Below are positions 60,018 through 64,000 of a stretch of DNA of 64,000 nucleotides, one piece after another (within the stretch, counting starts at the first letter, position 1; every line of letters starts with the position of its first letter). Under the pieces are notes generated by a model, which was not told where the DNA came from, did no database searches, and saw only the letters and a program-made list of their open reading frames with translations. Position numbers and translations under genes: made by a program. Source of the stretch: an uncultured Verrucomicrobiae bacterium (GTDB lineage Bacteria > Verrucomicrobiota > Verrucomicrobiia > Chthoniobacterales > JAFAMB01); NCBI GenBank assembly GCA_963782115.1, contig CAWAIK010000004.1, positions 1 through 64,000 on the forward strand. The letters run 5' to 3'.

Positions 60018-60899
60018 TCACTTTGTCGAGTGTGTCGACGAAAGAGGGGTTAGTGGCAAAATCTGTGCCTCGACTGGCTGGCCATAGCGTCGTGAGCCAA
60101 TTCCCCAAAGGCCTATGTCGGCGAAGACTGTCCCAGTAACAGCCGGCATCTGAGTGAACGGCTTAGGCAGAAGCAGGACTTGGCCAACCGTTTGATCACC
60201 AACCAACAACCCGTCAGGCCCATTAGTAAATGTCCACTGGGAGACATCGTCATTCGACCCGGTGGTAATCAGCAAAGGACTTAATACTTTAAATCGAAGG
60301 CGCATCGCAATGTCCGATGTAATCGAAAAGTCAGCTTTTAAGCCACATGCCGTGAGAGCGGCTTTAATCCACGACATCCACTCGTTCATACCTGGATATG
60401 TATCGGGTTTATGGACGTCAGCCATGTCATCAGACAAAGGAGCCGTTACGCCCGTCGGTCCGAAGCTGCCACGCCACTCCGCTGAGCCATCACCAGCTTG
60501 CAGCAGAGAAGTTTCCGGAAATACGGAAGCAACTCTCGTCCGCGGAGAATCCTTTAAGGAAACCCTCAGCCCAAAGCGGCAGACGTTCCTTATGTCTCCT
60601 CGGTTTTGAATGCCAACCGTGTACAGGATTACCCAGGGCTCGAAGGCCTGAAGGTAGTCGGCGTACTTGTTCGGAAAGCGCTTGCCTCCTTGTCGGGCGG
60701 CCCAGAGTAACGGAAACGCTATTGGGCGTCTGCCAAAGCGAAGGCTGATTCCTCCATCATAAATGTCGTCCTCCCCGGCGGCAGCGACCTTACCGAAGGT
60801 AGCTCCCTTACCGGGCAATCCGGGCGAGAGGGCCTCGAGGCGTGTAAAATCAATAATTTCCTGACTAAAGGATTTGCAGATCTCGTTATTAGTTTTCAT
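60018..60899 (-). CDS. hypothetical beta-rich protein (293 aa)
   Basis: Intact ORF 33 nt downstream of the CHAT-like gene; no family recognised. Confidence 0.65.
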   Translation of the reverse strand: MKTNNEICKSFSQEIIDFTRLEALSPGLPGKGATFGKVAAAGEDDIYDGGISLRFGRRPIAFPLLWAARQGGKRFPNKYADYLQAFEPWVILYTVGIQNRGDIRNVCRFGLRVSLKDSPRTRVASVFPETSLLQAGDGSAEWRGSFGPTGVTAPLSDDMADVHKPDTYPGMNEWMSWIKAALTACGLKADFSITSDIAMRLRFKVLSPLLITTGSNDDVSQWTFTNGPDGLLVGDQTVGQVLLLPKPFTQMPAVTGTVFADIGLWGIGSRRYGQPVEAQILPLTPLSSTHSTK

Positions 60900-60932
60900 G
60901 GGGAAAAAGTAAGGATGGCCGTTTTTCCGGAG

Positions 60933-62324
60933 CTAGCTGACCTGAATGATCAAATTCTGGCGCAGTTTGATGAAAGCTCGAGCTTCTTGGTCAGTGAGAG
61001 CCGATTTCTCGAGGTTTGTTAAAGCTTGACTGATCAGAGCTTCTAACTGAATTGCTTGCGTAGGGTGTTTGAGTGCAAGTGCCTGGCCTATTTCATGAAG
61101 AAGCTGAATTGCTAAGTTGGCCGAAATTTCTGTGCTAAATCGGACGACAACGGCGGCACCGCAGCGTTTAATAAGCGCCGAGCAAAAAGCGGCATCTGTG
61201 GCTGTGCCGCACGAATTAAAGAAGACTGCTTTGTCTCTAAGCACGCCTGATTTTGCTAATTCTTGCGCGCAGTTTCGAAGGTCAGCATTTTTATGCGCGC
61301 TTAAGACCACAACATTCTGGCTGATGAGTTCAGAAGACGTGGTGGTCGTCGAAAAACCTGAACTGACAGCAATTGAAGGCACATCAAAACCATGCGTTAC
61401 GAAACTGCCGTCTGTGTAGACAGAGATATCACTTTGAGAACGAACCAGCGGTCGGTTCTCGATGTGCTCAACCGCTGCTTGCGGATCGCCATCAACAAAG
61501 ACCGGAAGTCTGTTCGCGGTCTCATCGCGAATCTGATCATGAATAAAACGCGTGATTCTGTCCAAATCGGCTGCATCCTCGTGCTTCCAAGGCCGTATTT
61601 CCTGAAGTACGACGAGAGCGCGACTATTGTGGAATTCGGTGCGCAGGGCGCTTCGCCATTCGTCTTCTGTCAACAGGGTCGGACTGGCGTCACCTGGCAA
61701 AAACAACAGCGTCGGACTGGCGTCACCTTGGGAAAACAAGTCGCTAAGCCCCTGTAACAAGAAGGCGACTTTGTGCTGGGTACTGAGTTGCTGCAACAAA
61801 GCGTTGCGTGATTGGCTGTACGCCTTGAGGAAGTGGCTTAAGGGCTCCAAGACTAATGACCGCTTGGAGTTATTATCTTCAGGGTAGGGCGCCGCCTCAC
61901 CGTCGCTTGCTATGCCAGGCGTTTTCGGCGGCTTACCGCTTCCACCGCCGCTCGAGTGCAAAACAAGGAGATTTTCTTCGCGATCGGAAATCAGCCACGC
62001 AGGAAATTCAGCTAGCTGAAGGAGACCTTCGGGTTGATACCGATCCATTTCACGCATCACCGCAGCCCGAAGGTCCAAGGGCGCCACTGGATGAATACCC
62101 AGCGCGTGAGCGATATCATCGATGTTCACCCCGGAGTGGAGAACACTTTGCACTAATGCTGATGACGTAGTATCGGCCCATGCAGCCAACTGCCAGTCCA
62201 ACAGTGACTTGGCGGTATGTTGCGAGATTTTTATTAAGGCTTCGGGGTACAGGCGGGTCGCCGGATCGTCCTCCATCCAAGTGTCGACGGCAAGAGCGAC
62301 CGGACCGGAGATGTGAATGCTCAC
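60933..62324 (-). CDS. hypothetical protein with a possible C-terminal CHAT/caspase-like domain; 5' end possibly cut by IS1634
   Basis: VVVLSAH...VFFNSCGT...GAAVVV...EISANLA. Confidence 0.5.
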   Translation of the reverse strand: MSIHISGPVALAVDTWMEDDPATRLYPEALIKISQHTAKSLLDWQLAAWADTTSSALVQSVLHSGVNIDDIAHALGIHPVAPLDLRAAVMREMDRYQPEGLLQLAEFPAWLISDREENLLVLHSSGGGSGKPPKTPGIASDGEAAPYPEDNNSKRSLVLEPLSHFLKAYSQSRNALLQQLSTQHKVAFLLQGLSDLFSQGDASPTLLFLPGDASPTLLTEDEWRSALRTEFHNSRALVVLQEIRPWKHEDAADLDRITRFIHDQIRDETANRLPVFVDGDPQAAVEHIENRPLVRSQSDISVYTDGSFVTHGFDVPSIAVSSGFSTTTTSSELISQNVVVLSAHKNADLRNCAQELAKSGVLRDKAVFFNSCGTATDAAFCSALIKRCGAAVVVRFSTEISANLAIQLLHEIGQALALKHPTQAIQLEALISQALTNLEKSALTDQEARAFIKLRQNLIIQVS

Positions 62325-62389
62325 TGGGTGAGTGGTTAAACGCGTCTTCTTTTATGATTTGACGCGAGAAGCGCTTCAGCACTTAATCC

Positions 62390-64000
62390 GCAGCCATTTC
62401 CGATTTCATTTGTAGCCATACATTTTGTATTTATTTAGTTGATCTCAACTGATTAATTTGCTTTTGTAGTAGCCATCAAACGCAAACCCCTTCCCCTTCA
62501 TCTCGAAATTCAGCGCCACCGCGGTAATCCGGTCGGCCTCATCCGCTCTTCCTATCGCGAGAACGGCAAAGTCAAACATTCCACCCACGGCCGCATCACC
62601 GGCCTGAGCTTAGAGCAACTCAAATTGTTGCAGGCGGCCTTCCGCGGCGATGTGGTCCCTAAGGGCTCCGCAGAGGAATTTCCAGATCCTCGCCTCCAAG
62701 GAATACGGGGCCAGCTATGCACTGCTGGAGTTGGCCAAAGAACTTGGACTGGACCGCGCTCTTTACTCGCGCAAAGAAGCCTGGGTCCAGGATTGCCTGG
62801 CGATGATCGTCGGACGCATCGTCTACGCTGGGAGCAAATTGGCGCTCTCCAACCAGTGGAAGAACACCGCTCTGTGGGAACTGTCCGGCGTGGAAGGCAA
62901 AGTCGATGTGGATCTCCATTGTTACCTGCCGATGGACCGGCTCCTGGAACGCCAGAGCGCCATTCAGCGCTCTTTGGCGGCTCGTCATCTCCAGGATGGT
63001 CACCTGGTGCTCTACGACATTACCAGCAGCTACTTTGAAGGAGCCTACACCCAGAGCGACATCGTCATCTTCGGCTACAATCGCGATGGCAAGCGGGGTC
63101 ACGAACAGATGGTGATCGCTTTACTCTGCAGCGCGGAGGGTTGTCCGGTCGGAGTCGAAGTTTTTGCCGGTAACACTCAGGACGCCTCCACGGTGCTTGA
63201 GAAGATTGCGCAGTTGCAGCGCCAATACGGATTGAAAGAAATTATCTTTGTCGGCGACCGCGGGATGATTACCAAAGCGGTAGCTGACAAGATCAAGGAG
63301 ACCGAAGGTCTGCACACCATCTCGGCATTAACCCATCGCCAGATAGTCGAACTGTTGGAACGCAAGGTCATCACGGCGGAACTTTTTGATGAAGAAAAGA
63401 TCGTTGAGGTCTTTGATCCCGAAGAGCCCAAGCGACGCTATTGTCTGTGTCGCAACCCGCAGACGATGGGGCGCGAAGGCAAAACGCGTGAGCGGCTCCT
63501 GGAGCGCACCCGCGCAGAACTTGACAAAATAGCCCGCTCAAAACGTCGGGCCAGCGCCAAGACGCTGGGAGCACGCGTAGGCCGGGTGCTGGAGCGTTCC
63601 AAGATGGGCAAATTCGTCCGCTGGGACGTGATCGATGGACGGCTCTCATGGAGCTTTGACCAAGACAAGATCGAGGCCGAAAAACTCTTCGACGGCTGTT
63701 ACATCGTCAGTGGTGAGGTGCCCAAAGAGAAGATGGCTGCGAGCGAAGTAGTTGCCTCCTATAAAAAGCTAGGCTTAGTCGAGGAAGCGTTCCGCAGTCT
63801 CAAGACCGTGCAACTCGAAGTACGGCCCGTCTACCACAAGACCGATGATCGAATCAGAAGTCACGTCTTCCCGTGCACGCTGGCCTACTACTTGCAGTGG
63901 CATCTCAAGCAGCGGCTTGAACCTCTATTCGCCGCCGACGGCACCCACAAAGATCGACAATGGACAGTGCGCAACGTGATTGAGCGCCTAGCGGCGATCC
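62390..64000 (+). mobile_element. IS1634-family element; transposase frameshifted at ~62680 and running off the window
   Basis: VLYDITSSYFEG, FGYNRDGK, EVFAGNTQD, FVGDRGMI and VEEAFRSLKT...RPVYH...IRSHVF. The left end is approximate. Confidence 0.88.

Noticed and set aside
60018..60899. Bacterial gasdermin
   Set aside because: Size and protease neighbour fit, but I do not see the typical N-terminal Cys/GYN gasdermin signature.
1..64000. tRNA, rRNA, retron or riboswitch RNAs
   Set aside because: None were recognisable by eye and there is no reverse transcriptase gene. A covariance-model scan (tRNAscan-SE, Infernal/Rfam) would be needed to exclude them.

Overview
A 64-kb accessory region dense in transposons and heavily decayed. 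Its protein families and style suggest a soil Verrucomicrobiota (Chthoniobacterales-like) genome; that placement is inference. No rRNA, tRNA or CRISPR array was seen. The standout is an intact, tightly coupled five-gene operon on the minus strand (23880->18671): an XRE-HTH regulator, a Cas4/AddB-like PD-(D/E)XK nuclease with four Fe-S cysteines, a 759-aa long prokaryotic Argonaute (DEDD tetrad, atypical MID pocket), a 146-aa helical protein and a 377-aa HEXXH zinc metallopeptidase. A perfect 21-bp palindrome overlaps the predicted sigma70 -35 box upstream. Directly downstream sits a complete Tn3-family transposon (8700-18582, 38-bp IRs, AAGTT duplication) carrying two nested ISs. Removing it places a truncated ABC/OLD-type ATPase about 190 bp after the operon. 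A second defence-like zone (46.5-62.3 kb) holds a DUF4062-(NACHT)x2-WD40 STAND gene, two TIR-TPR paralogs, a C39-like peptidase and a CHAT-like protease with a partner gene. The rest comprises an NsrR/truncated-haemoglobin/Mo-oxidoreductase stress module, IS5, IS6, IS1634, IS91-integrase and Tn7-like remnants, MITEs and many gene fragments fused by deletions. All domain calls come from motif recognition by eye; no database searches were run.
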